Assembly: GCA_043822705.1 (NCBI GenBank)
Contig: JBDRBK010000059.1
Location: forward strand, 1 to 17,470
From: Fidelibacterota bacterium
Lineage (GTDB): Bacteria > Fidelibacterota > Marinisomatia > Marinisomatales > TCS56
Direction: 5' to 3'
Length of the DNA stretch: 17,470 nucleotides
Below, in pieces: positions 1 to 7,075 of the stretch. The translations under genes and the position numbers were made by a program. Every line of letters starts with the position of its first letter. The first letter of the stretch is position 1. The notes under the pieces are model-generated. The model saw only the letters and a program-made list of their open reading frames with translations. It was not told where the DNA came from and did no database searches.

Positions 1-2457
1 CTGCTCGCGCCACTGGCGGAAGGGCTTGCCCGAATGGTCGGGAATCAGCGCCCCGGCCGCGTCGCGGAGAAAATTGCCATCGCCATCGATTCGGAACAAC
101 AGGCGGTCGCCGCTGGAATCGGAAATGTACTCCGATTTATAAGTCACAATCGTTTCGATCATCGAAATCGGGGCCGGGTCCAGCGGCGTCTCGGCCCGCC
201 CCAACTTGCCGACCACCGATTCCACTTCCGGCACCGAATAAAGCGCCATATCCAGTTTGCGCAATACATCGCTGGCCTCTTCTATCCCGGCGTGGGGCAT
301 GGTCGTCGGCATATACAAAAACGAGCCTTCGTCCAGGGGCGGCATGAACTCCTTGCCGATCCCCGGAAAAGTATGATTAAGCGACTGGTAGACCCGGTTC
401 GATTTCAGAATATCCGGCAGAAATCCCGTGAGATTATTAAAGCCCAGCCAGGCGGTGAAACCGACGACGATCAGGGCGCCGGGAACGGACAGGGCCGGTA
501 ATTTATGGTCCAGGGCCCAGCGCAGAATCCGTGGATAAGCGCGCGTGAACAGCATGATCGCCCCCATTACCAGTGTCAGCAATACCGCCACGAAACCGAT
601 ATTGATCCACCAGCTACGGTCATATCCGAGGGGTGCCCAGGTGGCCGCCAGAATACCGCCGACCAACAGGATCGCGGTGCCGTTCACCAGCCACGGCAGG
701 CGGGCTGTCCACGATTCGCGCAGATATTTCTTCATGAACGGAAACAGGCCAAATGCTACGATAATCACACCGATCCACCATTTCACCAGCAGAGCGGCGG
801 CAAGTCCGAGCAGCACGATAGCACCATTGATGAACTGCTTCAGGCGGCCTTCTTTCAGTTTACCGGCGTATAGAATATGCGCCAGGGGCGGCAATACCGT
901 CAGGGCGATGATCACCGAGGCGACCAGGGCGAAGGTTTTGGTATAGGCCAGCGGTTTGAACAGCTTGCCCTCCGCCGCTTCCATGGTGAATACCGGCAGA
1001 AAACTGACCACGGTGGTAGACACGGCCGTCAGAACGGCGCCGCCCACTTCCGAGGCCGCCCTGAACAGAACGGCCAGTTTATCCTCGTTTTCATCGGCGT
1101 TTTCGAGATGCCTGAGCATGTTTTCCGAGATGACGATGCCCATGTCCACGATCGTGCCGATGGCGATGGCGATACCGGACAGGGCGACGATATTGGCGTC
1201 GACGCCGAACATTTTCATGCCGACGAATACCATCAGCACCGTCAACGGCAACAGACCGGTAATCAGCAACGATGTTTTCAGGTGCATCACCATCAGCAGA
1301 ATTACGATGATGGTGATCAAAATTTCATCGCGCAGGGCATGGTTCAGCGTGCCCAGCGTCTCATAAATCAGTCCGGTCCGATCATAAAACGGCATGATCG
1401 TCACCTGCGATCGGCGACCGTCCGGCAGTGTTTTCACCGGCAGGCCGGGACTGATTTCAATGATTTTCTTTTTGATGTTCTTGATGCCGGCCAGTGGATT
1501 TTCGCCGTAGCGCACGACGGCCACGCCACCCACTGTTTCGGCCCCCTCCTTATCCAGCACGCCGCGCCGTAGGGCCGGACCCAGCACCACATTGGCCACA
1601 TCCTTGATATAAATCGGCACGTTGTCCACCGATTTGATGACGGTATATTCCACATCATCCAGCGACTTGATGAAGCCCAACCCACGGACGATGTACTCAA
1701 CACGGTTGACTTCCACCGTCCGGGCGCCCACGTCCAGGTTGGAATTACGGATTGCGTTGAATATTTCCGGCAACGTAATGCCATGCGCACGCATCGCCGC
1801 CGGATCCACGTCGATCTGGTATTCCTTGATATGTCCACCCACAGAGGCCACCTCGGCGATGCCGTCCACCGACTGCAAAGCATAACGCACGTACCAGTCC
1901 TGGATGGTGCGCAATTCCTGCAGGTCCCAACCACCGATGGGTTGACCCTGCTCGTCACGGCCTTCGAGGGTGTACCAGAAGACCTGCCCTAGAGCGGTGG
2001 CATCGGGACCGAGAGCCGGCTGCACGCCTGGTGGCAGCGTGCCGGAGGGCAGCGAATTCAGTTTTTCCAGAATCCGGCTGCGGGTCCAGTAAAATTCGGC
2101 CTGCTCCTTGAAAATGATATAAATCGTGGAGAAACCGAACATGGAATAACTGCGAATTGTTTTCACCTCGGGGATGCCCAGCAGGGCTACGGTCAGCGGG
2201 TAGGAAATCTGGTCTTCCACATCCTGCGGCGACCGTCCCATCCATTCAGTGAACACGATCTGCTGGTTTTCGCCGATATCGGGGATGGCATCCACCGGCA
2301 CCGGGTCGCGGGGAATGCTGGCGATATTCCAGTCGAAGGGTGCCACGATAACGCCCCAGCCGATCATCAGCAGCACCAGCAGCCCGACGATCAGCTTGTT
2401 TTCCAGGCAGTATTTGATTACCCTGTCCACAAAAGACAGCCGCTCGATGTCATTCAT
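1..2457 (-). CDS. cusA: CusA/SilA-family heavy-metal (Cu(I)/Ag(I)) efflux RND permease, first 819 codons; 3' end lies outside the window
   Basis: Absent from the ORF track because there is no stop in the window; translated by hand. ATG at 2457 overlaps the cusB stop (ATGAATGA) and the frame is open to position 1. Motifs: VDAIPDIGENQQIVFTEWMGRSPQDVEDQISYPL, LGPDATALGQVFWY, ELRTIQDWYVRYAL, TM4 ALSGIAIAIGTIVDMGIVISEN, AEGKLFKPLAYTKTFA, and the CusA-type Met motifs GKEFMPPLDEG and DPAPISMIET. Confidence 0.96.
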   Translation of the reverse strand, partial: MNDIERLSFVDRVIKYCLENKLIVGLLVLLMIGWGVIVAPFDWNIASIPRDPVPVDAIPDIGENQQIVFTEWMGRSPQDVEDQISYPLTVALLGIPEVKTIRSYSMFGFSTIYIIFKEQAEFYWTRSRILEKLNSLPSGTLPPGVQPALGPDATALGQVFWYTLEGRDEQGQPIGGWDLQELRTIQDWYVRYALQSVDGIAEVASVGGHIKEYQIDVDPAAMRAHGITLPEIFNAIRNSNLDVGARTVEVNRVEYIVRGLGFIKSLDDVEYTVIKSVDNVPIYIKDVANVVLGPALRRGVLDKEGAETVGGVAVVRYGENPLAGIKNIKKKIIEISPGLPVKTLPDGRRSQVTIMPFYDRTGLIYETLGTLNHALRDEILITIIVILLMVMHLKTSLLITGLLPLTVLMVFVGMKMFGVDANIVALSGIAIAIGTIVDMGIVISENMLRHLENADENEDKLAVLFRAASEVGGAVLTAVSTTVVSFLPVFTMEAAEGKLFKPLAYTKTFALVASVIIALTVLPPLAHILYAGKLKEGRLKQFINGAIVLLGLAAALLVKWWIGVIIVAFGLFPFMKKYLRESWTARLPWLVNGTAILLVGGILAATWAPLGYDRSWWINIGFVAVLLTLVMGAIMLFTRAYPRILRWALDHKLPALSVPGALIVVGFTAWLGFNNLTGFLPDILKSNRVYQSLNHTFPGIGKEFMPPLDEGSFLYMPTTMPHAGIEEASDVLRKLDMALYSVPEVESVVGKLGRAETPLDPAPISMIETIVTYKSEYISDSSGDRLLFRIDGDGNFLRDAAGALIPDHSGKPFRQWREQ

Positions 2458-4306
2458 GGCCGGCGTGCCCCGCACTGGTATTTCCCGGTTGCTTCAATTG
2501 ATTCATGACCGGATCGATTTGATCATGGGCGGTCTGGGCTTCGGCGATATTTGACCAGTGGGGTGCATGCTCGACCGCTTGTAGTAACTGTGGTTCCGCC
2601 TGTCGCCAACTGTGCAATTCCTCGTCGGATAGTCCGATAATATCGAACTTTTGCGCCATAAACCCAACGGCCGACAGCGCTTCCCGGGCACCGTTAAAAT
2701 CACTATTGCCAAGAGCCAATTTCGACATTGACAGGGCTTCATCAAGCGGTTCAAGTCGTTGCCGGAATCGGGGTTGCCCCTGAACTGGTACCGCAACACT
2801 CACGCCGTCATGTCCATGTGCGGCGGTACTGACCCCGCCAGCGGGATTCATCATGCTGGGCTTGGCGGCAATCTGCATGGCACTGTCGATCTTGAAATTG
2901 CCGTTGGTCACGACTTCCTCGCCTTCCTGAAGACCGGCCAAAACGATATAATATTCGCCGGCACGGGGACCAACGGTAATTTCACGACTGACGAAAGTCG
3001 GTTCGTCGCGGCCGGGAATCCTGATATATACCAGGGCGCGGCGGCCTGTTTTCAAGACGGCGGTGGCCGGCACTAATAGCGGCTGGGCGGCCGTGGCGGG
3101 ACGGTGTACAATACCAAGTTTTTCCGCCGGCACCAGGTCCATACCGCAGACATCGCACTGGCCGAACCCGTCCTTCACTACCTCCGGATGCATGGGGCAG
3201 ATCCATTTGCCGACCAGACTGGTGTTCACCGCCAGCCCGCGGGCATCCAGTTCGGCTTTGATGATTGCACGGATAAACAGGCCCGGTTTCAGTTTGCCGT
3301 CGGGATTGGCCAGGTTTATGCGCACCTTCACCGTACGGGTTTTGTTGTCCAGTACCGGATCGATGAAAGCCACCAGTCCGGCGAACACCTCGCCGGGCAA
3401 AGATTCGGTGGTGAATTCCACCTTCTGTCCGAACCGCAGCCAGGCCAAATCTTTTTCATAGGCGTCCAGCACGATCCAAATCCGGCTCAGATCGGCGATA
3501 GTATAGATCGGCGTGCCGGTATTGACATACATGCCCTCGATCGCGTTTTTGTGAATGACGACGCCGGAAATCGGACTGAAAATCGTCAGCCGGTCCTCGG
3601 GACTGCCGCGCTTTTCGATGGCGCCGATCTGCTGGGCGGTGAGTCCCAGCAGGGCCAGCTTTTCGCGGGCTGCGTCCAATGTCAGACGGGCCGATTCGCG
3701 GACCATTTCGGAACCGGCGGTTTCAGTCTGCTTCACGGACTGGATCAGTTCTTCCTGGGCGGCGTACAGCTCAGGGCTGTACAACTCCACCAGATGATCG
3801 CCGCGGGCAACACTGATGCCGGTGTAATCAACAAATAGATGCTCCAGCCGGCCCGGAACCCAGGCAGTGATTGATTTTACGCGGGTTTCGTCGTATTCGA
3901 CTTTGCCCGAAAGCAGAATATCCGCCGTGGCGACACCCCGCCTGACCGGCGTGGTGGCAATCTCGGCGATCCTGACAGCGGTTGCGGACAATTTCAGCTC
4001 ACCGGGACCTTCGGCGCTACCGCCGGTTCGCAGTGGAATCAAATCCATGAAACAGATCGGACACTGTCCTTTCGACGGCAGTTTGATCTGCGGGTGCATC
4101 GAGCAGGTCCACCATTCGATATTCCCGCTTGCCGACGCGGCTTCGGTGATGGTTGGATTGGTCGCTTCGGCCGCGCCGCCCCCTCGAATCAGCAATCCAG
4201 CTGCGAAAGCCAGCACCACGATGGCCCAGGCCAGGCGCGGTAACGCATTGATTTTAAGTCCGGTGGAATTCAATAAATTTTTCAGATTGAAACCGGTTGC
4301 GTTCAT
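2450..4306 (-). CDS. cusB: CusB-family RND periplasmic adaptor (membrane fusion protein) with two heavy-metal-binding CxMHP...CxxCxMDL domains and a His-rich tail
   Basis: 618-aa ORF with an N-terminal TM. Metal domains WTCSMHPQI...CPICFMDL and WICPMHPEV...CDVCGMDL. MFP core LYSPELYAAQEEL, IFSPISGVV, TIADLSRIW, KTRTVKVR, LKPGLF, GLQEGEEVVTNGNFKIDS. Lies between the OMF and cusA with overlapping start/stop codons on both sides. Confidence 0.94.
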   Translation of the reverse strand: MNATGFNLKNLLNSTGLKINALPRLAWAIVVLAFAAGLLIRGGGAAEATNPTITEAASASGNIEWWTCSMHPQIKLPSKGQCPICFMDLIPLRTGGSAEGPGELKLSATAVRIAEIATTPVRRGVATADILLSGKVEYDETRVKSITAWVPGRLEHLFVDYTGISVARGDHLVELYSPELYAAQEELIQSVKQTETAGSEMVRESARLTLDAAREKLALLGLTAQQIGAIEKRGSPEDRLTIFSPISGVVIHKNAIEGMYVNTGTPIYTIADLSRIWIVLDAYEKDLAWLRFGQKVEFTTESLPGEVFAGLVAFIDPVLDNKTRTVKVRINLANPDGKLKPGLFIRAIIKAELDARGLAVNTSLVGKWICPMHPEVVKDGFGQCDVCGMDLVPAEKLGIVHRPATAAQPLLVPATAVLKTGRRALVYIRIPGRDEPTFVSREITVGPRAGEYYIVLAGLQEGEEVVTNGNFKIDSAMQIAAKPSMMNPAGGVSTAAHGHDGVSVAVPVQGQPRFRQRLEPLDEALSMSKLALGNSDFNGAREALSAVGFMAQKFDIIGLSDEELHSWRQAEPQLLQAVEHAPHWSNIAEAQTAHDQIDPVMNQLKQPGNTSAGHAGHE

Positions 4307-5643
4307 AAGTCCCTCCCCGCCAGCAGTTCGAGTCTGGCTACTGCTTTTTGGCCGGCCACTAGCGATCGTTCATGCTCCAACAGAAATTGCAGATAGCGCC
4401 GCTGGGCGTCCACCAGGTTGAGAAAGTCAAGTTTATCGGCCACGTAGGCTTTTTCAGTGGCCCGCAGTGATTCCAGACTCTTGGGAATAAGTCCGTCTCC
4501 GTACAGAGCGATCTTGCGGCGGGCGTCCTCCAACTCGAACCAGGCCTGCTCCGCCTCGGCCCGTAACCGGTTTTCCAGGTCGATGTATCGTTCCTCGGTG
4601 GCGCGGTACTGGTAGCGGGCGGCGCTGACGGCGCTACGGTTTTTTTTGAACCACAGCGGCAGGCTGGCCGAAACCATTACCACCAAAGGGTCCTTGCCAC
4701 TGCCGGATGTACCGCTCATCAATTTTTCTCCGGTGACAATGTAATCCAGTCCCACGCCCAGATCGGGATAATAATTCAGGCGTGCCTTTTTTATATTATC
4801 CGCACTCGCCTGCCTGCTCAATTCGGCGATTCTGAATTCCGGGTTGCTTTCGAGAATAATCGCCACAATTTCCTCTTGGGACAATAATCGGCCGATGGCG
4901 TCAAGTGAATCCGGAACAATGATTTCAGTCAGATTTTTGTCGTTCAGCGCCAGCCGGAATTTTTCGATCAGCGGTGATTGCTGCGCTTCCAGAGTCTTCA
5001 GATTGTCTTCCAGTTTCAGCAGTTCAATCTGCGTGTTGATCAGATCGGGGTGGCCGGCGCGGGCGGTGGCGTATTTGCTCGTAACCACTTTCTCCCAGTT
5101 ACGCACCAGGGCGATATTCTGTTGCGTCAGGGTGATCGAGCGCTGCAGGAAATAATAATCCAGATAAATTTCGGTGACCCGGTATTTGAGCTGATAGACG
5201 GCGGTGTTGACTTGTTCTGCTGCGATCTCCGCAGTCCGGGTCTGCAGTTGCCCGGCCAGACGCAGTTTTCCGAACCATGGCAGCATCTGGTTCAGACTGA
5301 TTTTAAGTTCCTGTGGACCGACGGCGGTCTCGATATTTTCCAGGAAATAACCCAGACTGGCAGTCGGATTTGGCAGTCCGCGGGCCACGGCAATCGAATT
5401 GACTTCCGCCTGCCAACGAGCCCAGGCGCTTTTTACAGCGGGATTATTGTGTGCTGCCGTCGTTAGATAATCGGCCAGGGTGGGATGTTCGGCCAGCGGC
5501 GCTGCTGGACTGTCGGTAAACCCGGTCTGCACCTGGTCCGCGCGCCACTGGTGTTCGCCGTCGGCACCGTTGACGGGATTGATCAGAACCGCCAGGACCG
5601 GCAACAGCAGCCATTTAAATATTTCAATCGGTGGATTGGTCAA
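4303..5643 (-). CDS. TolC/CusC-type outer-membrane efflux factor (446 aa from TTG 5643)
   Basis: OEP-type motifs AAHNNPAVKSA, LNQMLPWFGK, ARLNYYPDL, SLPLWFKKN, DFLNLVDAQR. The ORF track starts at 5748. TTG at 5643 is preferred: it has AAGGAG 7 nt upstream and is followed by a signal-like segment (KWLLLPVLAVLINPVNG). The stop overlaps the cusB ATG (ATGA). Confidence 0.9.
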   Translation of the reverse strand: MTNPPIEIFKWLLLPVLAVLINPVNGADGEHQWRADQVQTGFTDSPAAPLAEHPTLADYLTTAAHNNPAVKSAWARWQAEVNSIAVARGLPNPTASLGYFLENIETAVGPQELKISLNQMLPWFGKLRLAGQLQTRTAEIAAEQVNTAVYQLKYRVTEIYLDYYFLQRSITLTQQNIALVRNWEKVVTSKYATARAGHPDLINTQIELLKLEDNLKTLEAQQSPLIEKFRLALNDKNLTEIIVPDSLDAIGRLLSQEEIVAIILESNPEFRIAELSRQASADNIKKARLNYYPDLGVGLDYIVTGEKLMSGTSGSGKDPLVVMVSASLPLWFKKNRSAVSAARYQYRATEERYIDLENRLRAEAEQAWFELEDARRKIALYGDGLIPKSLESLRATEKAYVADKLDFLNLVDAQRRYLQFLLEHERSLVAGQKAVARLELLAGRDL

Positions 5644-5761
5644 ATCAGAACTCCTTGTTTTGATTAATAATACAGACAAACCCCGCACTGTCTTTCCCGG
5701 ACAACCGGACGTACAAGCGGGAAGCGGGCGCATGGCCCGTGCAATCAAGGAGTATCTAGAT
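5644..5761 (-). promoter_or_regulatory. Structured intercistronic RNA: anti-SD arm pairing with the RBS of the OMF gene
   Basis: mRNA 5' arm ATC-T-AGA-T-ACTCCTTG (5761-5746, includes the TAG stop of the upstream ORF) is complementary to 3' arm CAAGGAGTTCTGAT (5657-5644, SD plus spacer). This is 8 perfect bp, extending to 14 bp with two 1-nt bulges. Inner hairpins: CGGGC/GCCCG, CCCGC/GCGGG and CCGG-TTGT-CCGG. Confidence 0.7.
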
Positions 5762-6112
5762 CAGTAGTGGCAGCGGGTGGGCCGGAGGCGGCTCCGGGTC
5801 AACAGCCGGATTCATTTCCGGTCGATGGGAAAGCTGTTCGGATAAACGGATAACTGGAAACAGTGCAACGGCAATGATAGTCTGCTCTATCCTCTGTTCC
5901 ACCTTATTTAACGGCGCGACCACCAGTGTCAATAAAACCGGTGTATTGCAGGCCGCCAGGCTCGATTCGCATGTCACTACATTTGCCGCCATGCAGCAGC
6001 TTAATTCAGTGCGGCAGCAGGGCATGTTGCAATTGTCGAATTGCACCAGCGACAGCACCGGCGAACTCAGCAACAGCAACGTGGTAATGATGGATGTTAT
6101 CCTGTTCAGCAT
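5756..6112 (-). CDS. Small exported Cys-rich protein with C-terminal polyproline; CutF/CruR(DUF2946)-like regulatory upstream ORF of the cus operon
   Basis: 118 aa with an N-terminal signal-like segment. Seven Cys in residues 28-55 (CNMPCC, SCCM). C-terminus DPEPPPAHPLPLLI. First gene after a terminator and directly upstream of a Cu efflux operon. The CDS is well supported; the function is inferred. Confidence 0.7.
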   Translation of the reverse strand: MLNRITSIITTLLLLSSPVLSLVQFDNCNMPCCRTELSCCMAANVVTCESSLAACNTPVLLTLVVAPLNKVEQRIEQTIIAVALFPVIRLSEQLSHRPEMNPAVDPEPPPAHPLPLLI

Positions 6113-6160
6113 TTATTCAATTAGTATAATGCAAACTTACAAAAGTTCCCTCATACATGA
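6113..6160 (-). promoter_or_regulatory. Candidate promoter region of the cus unit
   Basis: AT-rich gap between the terminator and ATG 6112. Minus-strand TATACT (-10-like) at 6128-6123 lies 10 nt before the ATG, and TAAGTTTG (matches the Bacteroidota -7 element TAnnTTTG) is at 6139-6132. No convincing -35/-33 element and no SD. Confidence 0.3.
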
Positions 6161-6178
6161 TATTTTGATTTTCCCGGT

Positions 6179-6217
6179 AAAAAGAAATCCCCCGACCCTG
6201 CGCAGACCGGGGGATTC
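6179..6217 (-). terminator. Rho-independent terminator downstream of the OmcE-like gene
   Basis: Minus strand GAATCCCCCGGTCTGCGCAGGGTCGGGGGATTTCTTTTT: 9-bp perfect stem AATCCCCCG/CGGGGGATT followed by a U-rich tract, 20 nt after the stop at 6238. Confidence 0.88.
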
Positions 6218-6237
6218 GAATGTTACTTGATCGACTG

Positions 6238-6846
6238 CTATTTATTGTGGCAAGTCAGGCAGAGAGCACTGGCATCGTTGGCCATAACCAGAAACGAACC
6301 GCTGCCGTTGTCATGTACATCGTGGCAGGAAGAACACTCCAATTTATGATCGGCCAGCAGGTCGGCGTCGATAGTGCTGCCGAGTCCGGAGTTAACCGTG
6401 GTCGGAGCATACAGCCCGCCATCACTGGTGGCCAGAGCATCATCGTAGGTAAATGAGATCGGGTGATCATCACTGATGCTGGTGCCGATTTCATTGGCAC
6501 TGCTGATGTCCGTAGTACCGGTCGTGACACTGCCGAAATTATCAACCGCCACCGTTCCATCGTGACAGCTAAGGCAGAGTTTCGAAGAGCCGCTGGGTTG
6601 CCCCATGCTGGCATCAACAGAGAATGAGCTGTACAGTGTGTAGGTGGAAGATGTAACCTGGTGATTCCACAGCGGAGCGCCGGTGACATTTGTATTGGCG
6701 TTATGTGGAGTATGGCAGACGATACAGATTTCACCGGACGAATTCCAGCTGCTGGCACTGAAGTCGTGGGCCGAGCCGGCTATTTGCCCAAACACCATTG
6801 TACTTGCTATTATCAGAACAGTTAAAACACCTAATAGTCGCGACAT
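6238..6846 (-). CDS. omcE: OmcE-like secreted tetraheme cytochrome c (candidate extracellular cytochrome nanowire subunit)
   Basis: 202 aa with a Sec signal and four CxxCH (CIVCH, CLSCH, CSSCH, CLTCH). Motif order AHDFS / ICIVCHTPHNA / PLWN / YTLYSS / LCLSCHDG / GTSISDDHPISF / LECSSCHDVHDN / FL..LCLTCHNK-stop. This is collinear with G. sulfurreducens OmcE as I recall it (KHDLS / ICVFCHTPHNA / PLWNR / FTLYSS / CMSCHDG / GTDLSNDHPVNF / LECGSCHKVHDN / LCLGCHKK). RBS-like AAAGGG 7 nt upstream. Confidence 0.9.
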   Translation of the reverse strand: MSRLLGVLTVLIIASTMVFGQIAGSAHDFSASSWNSSGEICIVCHTPHNANTNVTGAPLWNHQVTSSTYTLYSSFSVDASMGQPSGSSKLCLSCHDGTVAVDNFGSVTTGTTDISSANEIGTSISDDHPISFTYDDALATSDGGLYAPTTVNSGLGSTIDADLLADHKLECSSCHDVHDNGSGSFLVMANDASALCLTCHNK

Positions 6847-6891
6847 GTCGATACCCTTTAATTATCGTATTGAATATATCCAGTACCATAG

Positions 6892-6907
6892 TACAAGAAC
6901 TATACCA
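6892..6907 (-). promoter_or_regulatory. Candidate sigma54 (-24/-12) promoter for the OmcE-like gene
   Basis: Minus strand TGGTATAGTTCTTGTA versus consensus TGGCAC-N5-TTGCW. GG-N10 spacing is correct, but -12 is GT instead of GC. Lies 45 nt upstream of ATG 6846 and just downstream of a sigma54 activator gene. Confidence 0.55.
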
Positions 6908-7012
6908 CTCAAGGTAAAGTCAGCTAATTAGTTACTGATTTTCACGATTGTGGCCATGAGCCGACGGAGTCGGGACAGTAGTCTCCTGAAATTATCGGCT
7001 AAAACAGCGCTT

Positions 7013-7030
7013 ATTGATCATTTAATCAAT
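7013..7030. promoter_or_regulatory. Dyad ATTGAT-N6-ATCAAT, candidate activator/enhancer site
   Basis: Perfect 6-bp inverted repeat about 105-125 bp upstream of the candidate -24 element, a typical enhancer distance for sigma54 activators. Confidence 0.3.
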
Positions 7031-7039
7031 GCTGGTAGT

Positions 7040-7071
7040 GGATTATCCCCCAGAATACTGCGGAATAATCC
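7040..7071. repeat. Inverted repeat GGATTAT...ATAATCC just after the response-regulator stop (hairpin or operator)
   Basis: Minus strand GGATTATTCCGCAG-TATT-CTGGGGGATAATCC forms a ~13-bp stem with one mismatch. No U-tract follows, so it is not a canonical intrinsic terminator. Confidence 0.5.
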
Positions 7072-7075
7072 CCAA

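Noticed and set aside
3130..4115. CPICF and CDVCG in CusB as heme-binding sites
   Set aside because: No His follows the CxxC. They belong to CxMHP-type heavy-metal-binding domains.
5644..5748. 35-aa N-terminal extension of the OMF (ORF-track start 5748)
   Set aside because: No RBS at 5748 and the extension is not signal-like. TTG 5643 has AAGGAG at 7 nt, and the region reads better as structured intergenic RNA.
6125..6130. Perfect plus-strand TATAAT
   Set aside because: No -35 element and no credible plus-strand gene downstream. Expected by chance in an AT-rich gap.
7014..7029. FNR box
   Set aside because: The half-sites match TTGAT/ATCAA but the spacer is 6 nt rather than the required 4. 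Kept only as an unassigned dyad.
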